NCBI GenBank assembly: GCA_964658305.1
Contig: OZ210885.1
Location: 4,650,001 to 4,714,000, forward strand
Origin: Leptogorgia sarmentosa
Taxonomy: Eukaryota
Reading direction: 5' to 3'
Length of the DNA stretch: 64,000 bases
Positions 11,501-26,500 of the stretch are shown here, one piece after another (positions within the stretch are counted from its first letter, which is position 1; every line of letters starts with the position of its first letter). The notes under the pieces were generated by a model. The model did no database searches and was not told where the DNA came from. It saw only the letters and a list, made by a program, of their open reading frames with translations. A program made the position numbers and the translations under genes.

Positions 11501-14500
11501 GTTATAATTAACTTATAATCGTATAAGTTTACAATAAGATGGCGTCAAATGCTTTTTCACGAGGTGCCTATAACTTTTGCACAGTACTGTATCTCCCGTC
11601 ATTATATCAACTTATTTAGAGTTAAAATATTAGCCAATGACCTCATATCATGTCATCATATCAACCATCATGTTCCACTTTATACCTAAAACATCATCTG
11701 CCCACTCTAACTCATTAATAGTTATTGCAGATGGCCGACGCACTCATCTTTAATTTGTAAACTTCTAACTGTAACCTTTACCTATACTTGTTGAGTTAAA
11801 TTTGTACTGCATCGTATTGTATTACCTGCTTCTTTAGTCTTAAAGTTGCGGTAAGCTATGGTTGCATTCCTTAAAGAACCATCTTGTGTCTGGATACCAA
11901 CGGTATACTCAGTGTACGGTTTCAGTCCATGAAGAACAAACTCATTTCCATATTTCTCACGAGATATTCTAACAATCCTTGTGCTGTCAGAGTGTGTGCC
12001 ATTCAGATAAATGATAAAATGTGTGATATAACCTGGCAATTCTGCTTCTGGTAATGTCCAAGACAAATGAACAGAGAAATTCGAAGGGCTTGTCATAATA
12101 TTCTGAACAGGACCTGGCGAGGATCAAAATAAGTATGACATATATTGTCAGCAAAATGTTCTTACTTATATTGAACTGTAGTACTGATATACTTCCTACA
12201 CCTCCTTCTAAATGGTGCGTTGCTGTGTGGTGCGATGGTGCGATGCGAGGAGCATAATGGCAATGCATTTGCTATACCCAACATTTATTGTATTATTATA
12301 AGGAAGATCCGATGTCAAATTTAGCATGGATACAAATGAGAAAATTTACCTGGAGGTTTAATCTCTGTTTTAACACCAATTCCCCATTCTGTCGAGTAGT
12401 ACGAGTCCTATAAAACGATACTTTGATAAGAACCTTAATTCATCTGGAGAGATAGGTAGAAGAAATGTAACTTCACATTTTCTATTCTTTAAAAAACTTA
12501 CGTTGGTTTCAAAAAATCTCAAGAACACGTTATAACTTGAATTCTGTTTGAGAGGTTGGTTATAGCAGAGTTTATCACCAAAATTAAACTCCTTGCCATC
12601 ACCAATCACGAACAACAAAGGCAGAACATCAGCTTTGAAATAGGCAGTGATATAAGGATCTTGGAAGTCGTCTTGGTTAAGTTTCAGGTCGTTTGTCTCA
12701 ATATCTTCCACTGGGGTTGGAATTTTCGAAGCCATTTGTACGATGACCAACACTTCTCTAAATAACGAACATAAATAAATTATGCAGAACGACACTGCCA
12801 GAACGTATTAAAAGGATTTGTCAGGAAAACGTAAAACACTTAGTTCATGGTTCCGATTTGCGATTCCATAATTTATTTCATAATCGAGTAAAATATATAA
12901 TTGAGGACTATTAAAATTGTCATAATGCATTGCTCGAACTTACCTGATATAAGTCGCTTGTTTGGCTATAGTTATGTTTACACTTGAATATGATATCCCA
13001 ACAACATTGACTGGCTCTAGTAAGATTTCAAATTTGTTCAACTCAATTTGCTAAGAGTGAAGGGTATTTATATAGTCGTTTTCTGTATCACTGATTTATT
13101 TTTTAAATCGTGTAATTCTAGGAATTAAAACATTAAGAAATGTATCCGAATAAGCCTCAAAAAAGTCACTAACGGTATAGCAGACAGTACAGGTGAATTT
13201 CACGACCTCAGTAAACGTAATAATATTATTGCTGCCAATGAGATAAAAATTATTAAAAATAACTTCATCATTAAAATATGAAAAACTTGAACACTATCGT
13301 TTTATTCATTTACCTCCGTTTGTTATTTTACTGATTGTTGAACTCTTGTTTCCAAAACCAATCTTTGTGCTAGCTGCCACTGTCACCAAATACTTTGTGG
13401 ATGGTTGAAGGTTAGAAATGTTATATGACAGGAAAGATGAATGAATATTTGAGCAATTCCAATTGCCATCAAAAATGAAAAAACTGTAGCAAACTTGGTA
13501 CCCAATCAGCTTTCCATTCCACAAGTTTTTCTCAGGTGGTTTCCAAGAGATTCCCAGTGAATCTTTGCTACGGGAATGTATAGTCACATTCAATGGCGGT
13601 CCACCAGGGACTAAATAACGAAAAATCACAATAAAAGTTATAAATAAATACATTTACGTACACTATACATATATATAGTATACATATGTATATATATTAT
13701 CATGATGTAGCTATAATAATATAAATTATTATTGAATCGAAAATTTCTTTGAAATTTGTGGAAGACAATGACGCTTTTTTTTCACTAAATTTTTCCAAAT
13801 CATTTCAAAAAGAAATTAATTTCAGATACGTACCTGCTTCTTTAGTCTTAAAATCGTGGTAAGCTATTGTGGCATTCCTTAAAGAACCATCTTGTGTCTG
13901 GATACCAACGGTATACTCAGTGTACGGTTTCAGTCCATGAAGAACAAACTCATTTCCATATTTCTCACGAGATATTCTAACAATCCGTGTGCTGTCAGAG
14001 TGTGTGCCGTTCAGATAAATGATAAAATGTGTGATGTAACCTGGCAATTCTGCTTCTGGTAATGCCCAAGACAAATAAACAGCATATTTCGAAGGGTTTG
14101 TCGTAATATTCTGAACAGGACCTGGCGAAGAAAAACTTACTAATGATTTAAAACATGGAAATTTCTAAACACCACCTAAGTATTCCAAAAACATTGGTTA
14201 ATTATCATTTCGGTGGAAAAATTAAGTACCTCAGTTGGAAGGTAAAGGGCCAAGAAATACGACCCTTTGTGTCTACTGTCCTGTTTTCGTTTTCAGGTAT
14301 AGCAACTAGCAAAATCACGTGTTTTGCTCTCAGACAAAGGTGGTGGTATCTTTGTGTAGTTAAACATTACTTATATTGTCAGTGAACCTTTATGGTTTTA
14401 CTTAACTACATGTACAGGTATAATAATTCCAGTGTAATGCTTCACTTTCTCCACAGAGTTATGCTAACTGCTGCACTGCTCCGTATAAACCGGTCTGCGG

Positions 14501-17500
14501 AAAATGTTTGGCTCTCCCCAATTTGCTTCTGTAGCTGTTTTTCTCAGCTTGAGCGATTATGGCCCATATACTTTACGCTCAATTATTTTCAAATGGTAAT
14601 TCACGGAATATAAGGTCGTAAGTGAGATATAAGAACGATGTTTGAGGTGAAAAAAATAGCTACTGCAGTAAAGCACAACATTCTGTTGTCAACTAATGTC
14701 GATTTCGACCTCGACGAACAAGATGTTGATCCGCCAACATTATTTTCAACGCCAAATATCGTATAGATTTCGTTTCCATCGCTACTGGTATACATTCAAA
14801 GACGGTTCTTTTAAATCAGCTTCTTAAACTGTGATATAACAGTGCTATTGTTGAATAATCTGAGTTATTTCAGCTCGCAAAGGTTAAAAATTTCCTTTGC
14901 CGTTCCACTGTGGAAATCATTGAAAAGTCTTGTTGACCAATCACAGCGAAGTGGGGAAATTCTAGACATTTGACGCCGACCGGATAAAGTGAAGAGTGCG
15001 TGGCAATTCATTTTTACCTGGAGGTTGAATCGACGTTTTTCCACTGCTGCTCCATTCTGTCGAATAGTACGAGTCCTGAAATTATACTTCGTTTAGAATC
15101 TACATTCATCAGGAGAGAAAGATCAAATAAATGTAACAATTATAATTGTTTTTAAAAACTTACGTTGGTTTCAAAAAATCTCAAGAACACGATGTAACTT
15201 GAATTCTGTTTGAGAGGTTGGTTATAGTAGCGTTTATTTCCAAAATTAAACTCCTTGCCATCACCAATCACGAACAACCAAGGCAGAACACCAGCTTTGA
15301 AATAGGCAGTGATATAAGGATCCTGTAAGTTGTTCTGGTAAGGTTTCAGATCTTTTGTTTCAATATCTTCCACTGGAGTTGGAAATTCTGGAGAAATTTG
15401 CACGATGACCATCACTTCTCTAAATAACGAATATACACAGGATTTGTCAAGAAATGATGTGTATCATGGTTGAACGCTTTCCGTTACTGGCCTAATGATA
15501 AAACGTAAAAACGCTTATTTCATGGTTCCGCATTCAGAATTTAATTATTTTAATTATACTATTGGAATTTACTTTCAATATTTTACGCCCAATTCCCAAC
15601 ACGGTGAAAAATGCAGTTTCAACTACCAATTTTTTTTCGATTCGTATGAAGTGATATTCTTACAAACAGGGAAAAACTATGGTTCAGTAAACATCATATT
15701 TAAACATCATAAACATCATATTTAGCGCGCAATAAGACACCAAATTTGCATTACCTTTTCTTATACGCCCTGTATAATTGTCATCATTGGGTCAACTTAC
15801 TTGATATACGTCGCTTGTTTGGCTATAGTTATGTTTACACTTGAATATGATATCCCGATAAAATCAACAGGCTCTAGAAAGATTTAAAGGATGTCATCAT
15901 TCAGGCCTTTCAATTTGCGGGCATATATAATTGGAGAGACGGGTACATCATTCACGAAAGGACCAGTTGTTCAATGCTGGACTAGCGCTAATCTTTAGAA
16001 AAATTAAACCAGGATATTGATGCATGACTGAATTTCAAAACATAAGAAAGCGAAAATTTTCATGTGAATCAACACAATACCAGAAAGGAATGTTTCCAAG
16101 TTTTCAAATGGACAATTCGATTAAACATCTTTATTTAACAATTATTTACCGATGTCAAGGTGATTATCGGTGAATATTCATCGAGACGAAGTCGAGGTTT
16201 AGTATGATTTCAGTGGTAGAATAAGTTGAATAATGCATAAACTAAGTTAAATACTGTGCCATGCACTTCCGTCTCATGAATATAATTTATTTCCTTCAAA
16301 ATAGTCTTAAATTTATTAAAACAACAAGCCGAATGGCGAGGAAAGTGGCTGCATTAAATTTACAAAAAAAATCATGCACGATATAAACAGCTAAATCAAC
16401 CTTATTAACACATGCAAAACTTGAACACTGTCGTTTTATTCATTTACCTGCGTTTGTTATTTTACTGATTGTCGAACTCTTGTTTCCAAAACCAATCTTT
16501 GTGCTAGCTGCCACTGTCATCAAGTACTTTGTGGATGGTTGAAGGTTAGAAATGTTATATGACAGGAAAGATGAATTAATATGTGAGCAATTCCAATTGC
16601 CATCGAAAATGTAAGAACTGTAGCAAACTTGGTACTCAATCAGTTTTCCATTCCACAAGTTTTTCTCAGGTGGTTTCCAAGAGATTCCCAGTGAATCTTT
16701 GCTACGGGAATGTATAGTCACACTCAATGGCGGTCCACCAGGGACTAAATTTGAAAAAAATCACAATTGATGCAGCAAATTGAATATGTACACTAGAGTC
16801 TAGAAATGATTAATTATAATGAATTATTAAACCATCAAGTTAATAATAATTTTCTTATAATTCCAATAATCACCAATGAGAAATTAAAAATCGTTCTTAA
16901 ATTCTCTTCTTTATTAACATTAAGAACTCATTTCAAAAGAAATTAATCTCAGATACGTACCTGCTTCTTTTGTCTTAAAGTTGTGGTAAGCTATGGTGGC
17001 ATTCCTCAAAGAACCATCTTGTGTCTGGATACCAACGGTATACTCAGTGTACGGTTTCAGTCCATGAAGAACAAACTCATTTCCATATTTCTCGCGAGAT
17101 ATTCTAACAATCCGTGTGCTGTCAGAGTGTGTGCCGTTCAGATAAATGATAAAATGTGTGATGTAACTGGACACCTCTGTTTGTGGTATTGTCCAAGACA
17201 AATGAGCAGAAAAATTCGAAGGGTTTGTTGTAATATTCTGCACGGAAGCTAGTCAAGAACAAAATAACTATATAGTAATGATTTGAAACATGACAATTTT
17301 TAAACACCCCTTATGTACTCCAAACGATTATTAAGATTATTTCAATGTAAGCATAAAGTACTTGACTTTGCAGGTAAATTGACCAGAAGTCCCCCCAGTT
17401 TTGTTGCATAGTTGTAGTTTTAATGTATAGCAAAATCAAGAGTTTTCTGAGAAAAAAAAGTGCTAGCTATATACTGGAACATCGCCCTATAATTTGTATA

Positions 17501-20500
17501 GTTAAACATGACTGATATTGTAAGTGAATTTTTTGTGGCTATATGTTGAACTAAATGTAGATGTGTAAAAAGTCTGATATAGTAATGCCATACTTCCACT
17601 TTTCTAAATAGTGAACTCCTCTGTATGGAGTGCAGAGCGCATTTACATTATTGCATTTGTAATTACAACTACAGCAATTATTGTAGTTAATCACTACACA
17701 CTGCTTAGAGGTATGATAACAAACTCTGCCAAGGCTTAAAGTGTAATTTGGTAATTGGTTCCGCATTTATATAAGGAAGACGCAATGTCACATTTATCAT
17801 ATTAAATTTACCTGGAGGTTCAATCTCTGTTTTAACACTACTGCTCCATTCTGTCGAGTAGTACGAGTCCTAAAATGATATTTTGATTAGATTCCTTAAT
17901 TGATCTGTGGCCGACTGACCAAAGCTATTTTAAAGCTAATTCTGGATTAAAATTAAACCCAGTGTTTTAGTTTGTGTGTTGCTACTCGCCTGTGTACTTG
18001 GAAATTTTAAAAAAGAAGACTTTTATTAATCCACACAAGATTTCTGAAGAAATATTTCTAAATTCATAAACAAATGTATGGAAGATTTGCAATGATTTTC
18101 AAAATTTTCAGATAGCCCAGGTTTAAGCTAACCGGCTGACGAACAACTGGCCCCAGGAAAAAAAGATCAAACATGTCAAATTAACTTCACATTTTCTATC
18201 TTTCAAAAAACTTACGTTGGTTTCAAAAAATCGCAAGAACACGATGTAACTTGAATTCTGTTTGAGAGGTTGGTTATAGAAGCTTTCATTTCCAAAATTA
18301 AACTCCTTGCCATCACCAATCACGAACAACAAAGGAAGAACACCAGCTTTGAAATAGGCAGTGATATAAGGATCCTGTGAGTTGTTCTGGTAAGGTTTCA
18401 GATCGTTTGTTTCAATATCTTCCACTGGAGTTGGAAATTCTGGAGCAATTTGCACAATGACCATCACTTCTCTAAATAACGAACAAATAGACCCTATTGA
18501 TATGGTGAAACAGATTTGTCAGGAAACGACGTTTGTTATGTTATGTTAGACTCTTTGCAACACCAAATTCTAAAACGTAAGCACTTCTTTAAGGTTCTTT
18601 ATTTTTGTAATATTTATTCAACACTACCTGAAAACTATTACTGTTGTCATTTTTCAGGTGAACTTACTTGATATACGTCGCTTGTTTTGGTAGTGTTATG
18701 TTTACACTTGAATGTGACGTCACGACAACGTTAACTGGCTCTAAAAATATTTCATACATAGAATCACTAAGGAACGCTTTTCAATTCGAGGGCATAATTT
18801 GGCTACGGGAGATGCTATAGCAAAGAGTACAGTTTAATTTCATGACCATAGTAAACATGATACGATCTCAACCAATGAGATAAGAATCCCTTCACTAGTA
18901 TCAACACAAGCAAAACTTGAGCACTGTCGTTTTATTCATTTACCTCCGTTTGTTATTTTACTGATTGTTGAACTCTTGTTTCCAAAACCGATCTTTGTGC
19001 TAGCTGCCACTGTCACCAGGTACTTTGTGGATGGTTGAAGGTTAGAAATGTTATACGACAGGAAAGATGAATTAATATGTGAGCAATTCCAATTGCCATC
19101 AAAAATGTAAGAACTGTAGCAAACTTGGTACTCAATCAGCTTTCCATTCCACACGTTTTTCTCAGGAGATTTCCAAGAGATTCCCAGTGAATCTTTGCTA
19201 CGGGAATGTATAGTCACATTCAATGGCGGTCCACTAGGGACTAAATTTAAAAATGTCAATAAAAAATGCGGTTAAATATGTACATTATGTATATCAATAA
19301 TGTAATATAAATTATGAACCATCAAAATAAAACCTTTCTGACCATTCCAATAATTACATATTGGGAATATTGAAACTTTTTAACTCATTTTAAACAATCA
19401 TATTTTAATTTCAGAAACGTACCTGCTTCTTTAGTCTTAAAATCGTGGTAAACTATGGTGGCATTCCTTAAAGAACCATCTTGTGTCTGGATACCAACAG
19501 TATAATCAGTGTACGGTTTCAGTCCATGAAGAACAAACTCATTTCCATATTTCTCACGAGATATTCTAACAATCCTTGTGTTGTCAGAGTGTGTGCCGTT
19601 CAGATAAATGATAAAATGTGTGATGTAACCTGGCACTTCTGCTTCTGGTAATTTCCAAGACAAATGAAAAGAAAAATTCGAAGGATTTGTCATAATATTC
19701 TGAACAGGACCTGGCGAAGAAAAAAACAACTTAGCAATGGTTTAAGAAACAGAAAGATTCCAGCTACTCAAAAGTAACAAGGTTTTTGAAAAGTTAGTCA
19801 TTGGTTGATGTCCAACACAAATGGACAGAAAAATTCGAAGGGCTTGTCGTAATATTCAGAACAGGACCTAGTGAAGGTCAAGATAACTTACTTAGTAACA
19901 AATTGAAAAGTGAACATTTTTACGCACCAGTTCAGCGCACCAAGCTAACAAAGCTTCAATGCAAACATGAAGTAACTCGATTTACAGGAAAATTTATGAC
20001 TAAATCGACCCTGCTGTGTTGTGAAACAGTAGCTTTGATGTATAGAAAATCCGATATCTTGTAGCGATGGGCCTAACTAGTATAATAAACATCCTTGATA
20101 TATTTTCAGCGAATTATTTGATGGTTACTGGTTACAATGACAATGCATTTGTTACGCAACGTATATTGTATAGTATTACAGTACACTGATTTGAAGGATG
20201 ATAACTGTGCCGTGCCATAAGGTTTCGTCTTTATATTCGGAAGATTCGATATCAAGTTTATCACTTTCAATTTACCTGGAGGTTTAATCTCTGTTTTAAC
20301 ACTACTGCTCCAGTCTGTTGAGTAGTACGAGTCCTAAAATGATACTTATTAAAAACCAAATTCACCAGGAAAGAAAGATCAAACAAATGTAACTTAACAC
20401 TTTCTATCTTTCAAGAAACTTACGCTGGTTTCAAAAAATCTCAAGAACACGATGTAACTTGAATTCTGTTTGAGAGGTTGGTTATAGTAGCTTTCATTTC

Positions 20501-23500
20501 CAAAATTAAACTGTTTGCCATCACCAATCACGAACAACAAAGGAAGAACATCAGCTTTGAAATAGGCAGTGATATAAGGATCTTGTAAGTTGTCCTGGTA
20601 AGATTTCAGGTCGTTTGTTTCAATATCTTCCACTGGGGTTCGAAGTTTTGTAGCAAATTGCACAATCACCAACACTTCTCTAAATAACCAACAATGAACG
20701 CTCCGTATTTATATGACAAATAAAATTTGACAAATTTACGCTCGACAGATCTTAGGTCGTTATATAATTAGACGCTTCTGAAAATCTGATTGATAATCTG
20801 CTTATATAAAGCGTAAAATACTTATAGTTCAATTGTGCAGTCCGGATTACCTATAACTTTTTCATTATAAGGTAATATGTGATCGACATTGAATGAGGAC
20901 TAATAGATTTGTCATTATCGTGTGAACTTACTTGATATACGTCGCTTGTTTGGCTATAGTTATGTTGACACTTGAATATGATATTCCAACAACACTGACA
21001 GGCTCTGGAAAGATTTCAAACTTGTTGTCACTCAGGAACGCCTTGCAATTCGCGGGCTTAATGGGGATACGAGTACATTATTCACAAGAAAGGCCGAAAA
21101 GTTTGACACCAGCATATTAAAGTATGTATAATTTTTAAAAAATGAGAAAACGAAAATTTTCATATGAATCATGAATCAAAAAAAGATCTAAAAATTCCTT
21201 TAACTAGGAGATAGAAATTCCTTTAACAATATTAAAATATGCAATACTTGAACAGTGTCGTTTTACTCATTTACCTCCGTTTGTTATTTTACTGATTGTT
21301 GAACTCTTGTTTCCAAAACCAATCTTTGTGCTAGCTGCCACTGTCATCAAGTACTTTGTGGATGGTTGAAGGTTAGAAATGTTATATGACAGGAAAGACG
21401 AATTGATATTTGAGCAATTCCAATTGCCATCAAAAATGTAAGAACTGTAGCAAACTTGGTACTCAATCAGCTTTCCATTCCACAAGTTTTTCTCGGGAGG
21501 TTTCCAAGAGATTCCCAGTGAATCTTTGCTACGGGAATGTATAGTCACATTCAATGGGGATCCAGAAGGGACTAAATTTAAAAATGTCAATAAAAAATGT
21601 GATTAAATATGTACATTATGTATATCGATACTGTAATATAAGTTATGAACCATCAAAATAAAACCTTTCTGACCTTTCCAATAATTACATATTGAGAAAT
21701 AAAAAATTTGTTTTTCAATTTTTATCAAAAATGAGATTTCTTTCAGGCCAAATTTTACCAACTCATTTTAAACATATTTTAATTTCAGAAACATACCTGC
21801 TTCTTTAGTCTTAAAATCGTGGTAATATAACAAACATCATTTTCAATTTTTATAAAACAACCAGGTTTCTTTTTCGCAAAATTTACTGATTTCAACAACA
21901 AGTTAATTTCAGATACGTACCTGCTTCTTTAGTCATAAAGTTGCGGTAAGCTATGGTAGCATTCCTTAAAGAACCATCTTGTGTCTGGATACCAATGGTA
22001 TACTCAGTGTACGGTTTCAGTCCATGAAGAACAAACTCATTTCCATATTTCTCACGAGATATTCTAACAATCCGTGTGTTGTCAGAGTGTGTGCCGTTCA
22101 GATAAATGATAAAATGTGTGATGTAACCTGGCAATTCTGCTTCTGGTAATGTCCAAGACAAATGAACAGAAAAATTCGAAGGGCTTGTCGTAATATTCTG
22201 AACAGGACCTAGTGAAGATCAAGATAACGTACTTAGTAACAAATTGAAAAGTGAACATTTTTACGCACCAGTTAAGCGCATCAAACCAACAAAGCTTCAA
22301 TGCAAACATGAAGTAGCTAACTCGATTTACAGGAAAAGTTATGACTAAATCGACCCTGCTGTGTTGTGAAACAGTAGCTTTGATGTATAGAAAATCCGAT
22401 ATCTTGTAGCGATGGGCCTAACTAGTATAATAAACATCCTTGATATATTTTCAGCGAATTATTTGATGGTTACTGGTTACAATGACAATGCATTTGTTAC
22501 GCAACGTATATTGTATAGTATTACAGTACACTGATTTGAAGGATGATAACTGTGCCGTGCCATAAGGTTTCGTCTTTATATTCGGAAGATTCGATATCAA
22601 GTTTATCACTTTCAATTTACCTGGAGGTTTAATCTCTGTTTTAACACTACTGCTCCAGTCTGTTGAGTAGTATGAGTCCTAAAATGATACTCATTAAATA
22701 CCAAATTCACCAGGAAAGAAAGATCAAACAAATGTAACTTAACACTTTCTATCTTTCAAGAAACTTACGCTGGTTTCAAAAAATCTCAAGAACACGATGT
22801 AACTTGAATTCTGTTTGAGAGGTTGGTTATAGTAGCTTTCATTTCCAAAATTAAACTGCTTGCCATCACCAATCGCGAACAACAAAGGAAGAACATCAGC
22901 TTTGAAATAGGCAGTGATATAAGGATCTTGTAAGTTGTCCTGGTAAGATTTCAGGTCGTTTGTTTCAATATCTTCCACTGGGGTTCGAAGTTTTGTAGCA
23001 AATTGCACAATCACCAACACTTCTCTAAATAACCAACAATGAACGCTCCGTATTTATATGACAAATAAAATTTGACAAATTTACGCTCGACAGATCTTAG
23101 GTCGTTATATAATTAGACGCTTCTGATTGATAATCTGCTTATATAAAACGTAAAATACTTATAGTTCAATTGTGCAGTCGGGAATAACTTTTTCATTATA
23201 AGTTAATACATGATCGACATTGAATGAGGACTAATAGATTTGTCATTATTGTGTAAACTTACTTGATATACGTCGCTTGTTTGGCTATAGTTACGTTTAC
23301 ACTTGAATATGATATCCCAACAACACTGAGAGGCTCTAGAAAGATTTCAAACATGTTGTCACTCAGGAACCCCTTTCAATTCGCGGGCTTAATGGGGATA
23401 CGAGCACATTATTCACAAGAAAGGCCGAAAAGTTTGACACCATCATATTGAAGTATGTATAATTTTTAAAAAATGACAAAAGGAAAATTTTCATGTGATT

Positions 23501-26500
23501 GATGAATCAAAACAACATCTAAAAATTCCTTTAACGTTATTAAAACATGCAATACTTGAACCCTGTCTTTTATTCATTTACCTCCGTTTGTTATTTTATT
23601 GATTGTTAAACTCTTGTTTCCAAAACCAATCTTTGTGCTAGCTGCCACTGTCACCAAGTACTTTGTGGATGGTTGAAGGTTAGAAATGTTATATGACAGG
23701 AAAGATGAATTAATATTTGAGCAATTCCAATTGCCATGAAAAATGAAAGAAATGTAGCAAACTTGGTACTCAATCAGCTTTCCATTCCACAAGTTTTTCT
23801 CAGGTGGTTTCCAAGAGATTCCCAGTGAATCTTTGCTACGGGAATGTATAGTCACATCCAATGGCGGTCCACCAGGGACTAAATTTGAAAAAAATCACGT
23901 TAAAAAGTGTAATTGAATATGTATAGACTACATGTCGAATATGTATTACAAATTATTAAGCAAACCATCAAATTAATAAAATCTTTATTACCATACAAAA
24001 AATCATATTACAGAAAATCGTTTTTGAATATTCATAAAAAACTAATTTCTTTTTCCCAAAAATTTACCGACTCATTTCAAAAACAAATTAATTTCAGATG
24101 TGTACCTGCTTCTTTAGTCTTAAAGTTGCGGTAAACTATGGTGGCATTCCTTAAAGAACCATCTTGTGACTGGATACCAACGGTATACTCATTGTACGGT
24201 TTCAGTCCATGAAGAACAAACTCATTTCCATATTTCTCACGAGATATTCTAACAATCCGTGTGTTGTCAGAGTGTGTGCCGTTCAGATAAATGATAAAAT
24301 GTGTGATGTAACCTGGCAATTCTGCTTCTGGTAATGTCCAAGACAAATGAACAGAGAAATTCGAAGGGTTTGTCGTAATATTCTGAACAGCACCTGGCGA
24401 AGAACAAAACAACTTAACAATGGTTTAAAAAACATAAAGATTCCAGGTACTCAAAAGTAACAAGGTTTTTGAAAAATTAGTCATTGGTTCATAATTATTT
24501 TATAATTTGGAAATTGATTTCGCATTTACGTTTTGAATATCTGTTAATTGTCATATTTACTAGATCATCAACAAAACATCGCGCTCAAATCGCGCGTCGC
24601 GCGCACAAAGAAAGTATTGCATATGCAATATTCTGTTTTGATTTGGATGTTGTATCGTGACGTGTACATTTGTTCAAATAAAGTTGTATTGTATTTTATC
24701 GTATTGTATTGTACATCAAATTTACCTGGAGGTTTAATCTTTGTTATAATAAAATTGCTCCATTCTGTCGAGTAGAACGAGTCCTAAAATAATACATTGA
24801 TTAGAATCTGAATTCATCTGGAGAGTAAGATCAAGAAGTGTTCCTGTTTTCTATCTAAAGGTTTTCTATCTTTTATGAAACTTACGTTTGATTCAAAAAA
24901 TCTAAAGAACACGATGTAACTTGAATTCTGTTTGAGAGGTTGGTTATAGTAGCTTTCATTTCCAAAATTATACTCCTTGCCATCACCAATCACGAACAAC
25001 AAAGGGAGAACATCAGCATTGAAATAGGCAGTGATATAAGGATCCTGTGAGTTGTTCTGGTAAGGTTTCAGATCCTTTGTTTCAATATCTTCCACTGGGG
25101 TTGGAAATTCTGGAGCAATTTTCACAATGACCATCACTTCTCTAAATAACAAACATGGAGACCTCATTGATATAATCAATAAAACTTGTCAACAAATCAC
25201 GCGTGTCGTAAGTTGTTTGATGCTTCTCATTAAGGACCTGCTTATAAAAGAAGAACACGTAGTCCATGGTGCTGGTTTGGGATTGCATATAACGTTTTTC
25301 ATTCCAGGGTAATACATAATCAACACTAATTGGGAATGAATTAAAATTGTCGTTATCGCGAGAACTTACTTGACATACGTCGCTTGTTTGGCTATAGTTA
25401 TGTTTACACTTGAATATGATATCCCCACAACATTAACAGGCTCTATAGAAAGATTTCAAACATGTTGTCACTCAGGAACCCCTTTCAATTCGAGGGAATA
25501 ATTTGGGGTGCGGGTACATTAGTCACCAAAGAGCCAGAAAAGAATTTAAGCAGCATTTTGATGCATGTCTAAATCTCAACACATAACAAAAGGACATAAA
25601 ATTTCCATAAGAATCAATGCAACATCTCCGAGGAATGTTTCTAAGTTTTAAAATTTTGAAATTTGTTCAAACATCTCATTTCATTATCACAATTTTACTT
25701 TAAATTTAGCCCTAAACGACTTTAAAACAACGGAAAATGAATCTAATTAAAAACAATTAAAATCTAATTAAAAATTAGATCACGAGTAATCTAATTGTTT
25801 CAATAGAATCAGAGATCAAACATGGAAATATTGTAAAAAATAATTTAAAAACGCGTCTGTCGTGAGTAGAGTCAAATTGAAGCATTTGCAATAGCATACT
25901 AGCATAATTCTACTAATATCTATTATCTATTGCTCAGGGTTGAAGCAGTAGTGACACAGCAAGATAATTGTAGAACGGGGGGAGGGCATAACGGATTATT
26001 TGAAACGTATGTGGACACGAATATATGCATAATACTCCTCAATATTCGATCTGGCGAGGCCACAACTGAGCCACTTACAGTTGCAGTACAATTGATTACA
26101 TCACATAGTAAAGATAGTAAAGACAGTAAACGTCATTTGTTCTCGACCAATGTGGGTAAAAAAGCACTTCAACATTAAAATATGCAAAACTTGAGCCCTG
26201 CCGTTTTATTTATTTACCTCCGTTTGTTATTTTACTGATTGTTGAACTCTTGTTTCCAAAACCAATCTTTGTGCTAGCTGCCACTGTCACCAAGTACTTT
26301 GTGGATGGTTGAAGGTTAGAAATGTTATATGATAGGAAAGATGAATGAATATTTGAGCAATTCCAATTGCCATCAAAAATGAAAGAACTGTAGCAAACTT
26401 GGTACTCAATCAGCTTTCCATTCCACAAGTTTTTCTCAGGAGGTTTCCAAGAGATTCCCAGTGAATCTTTGCTACGGGAATGTATAGTCACATTCAATGG

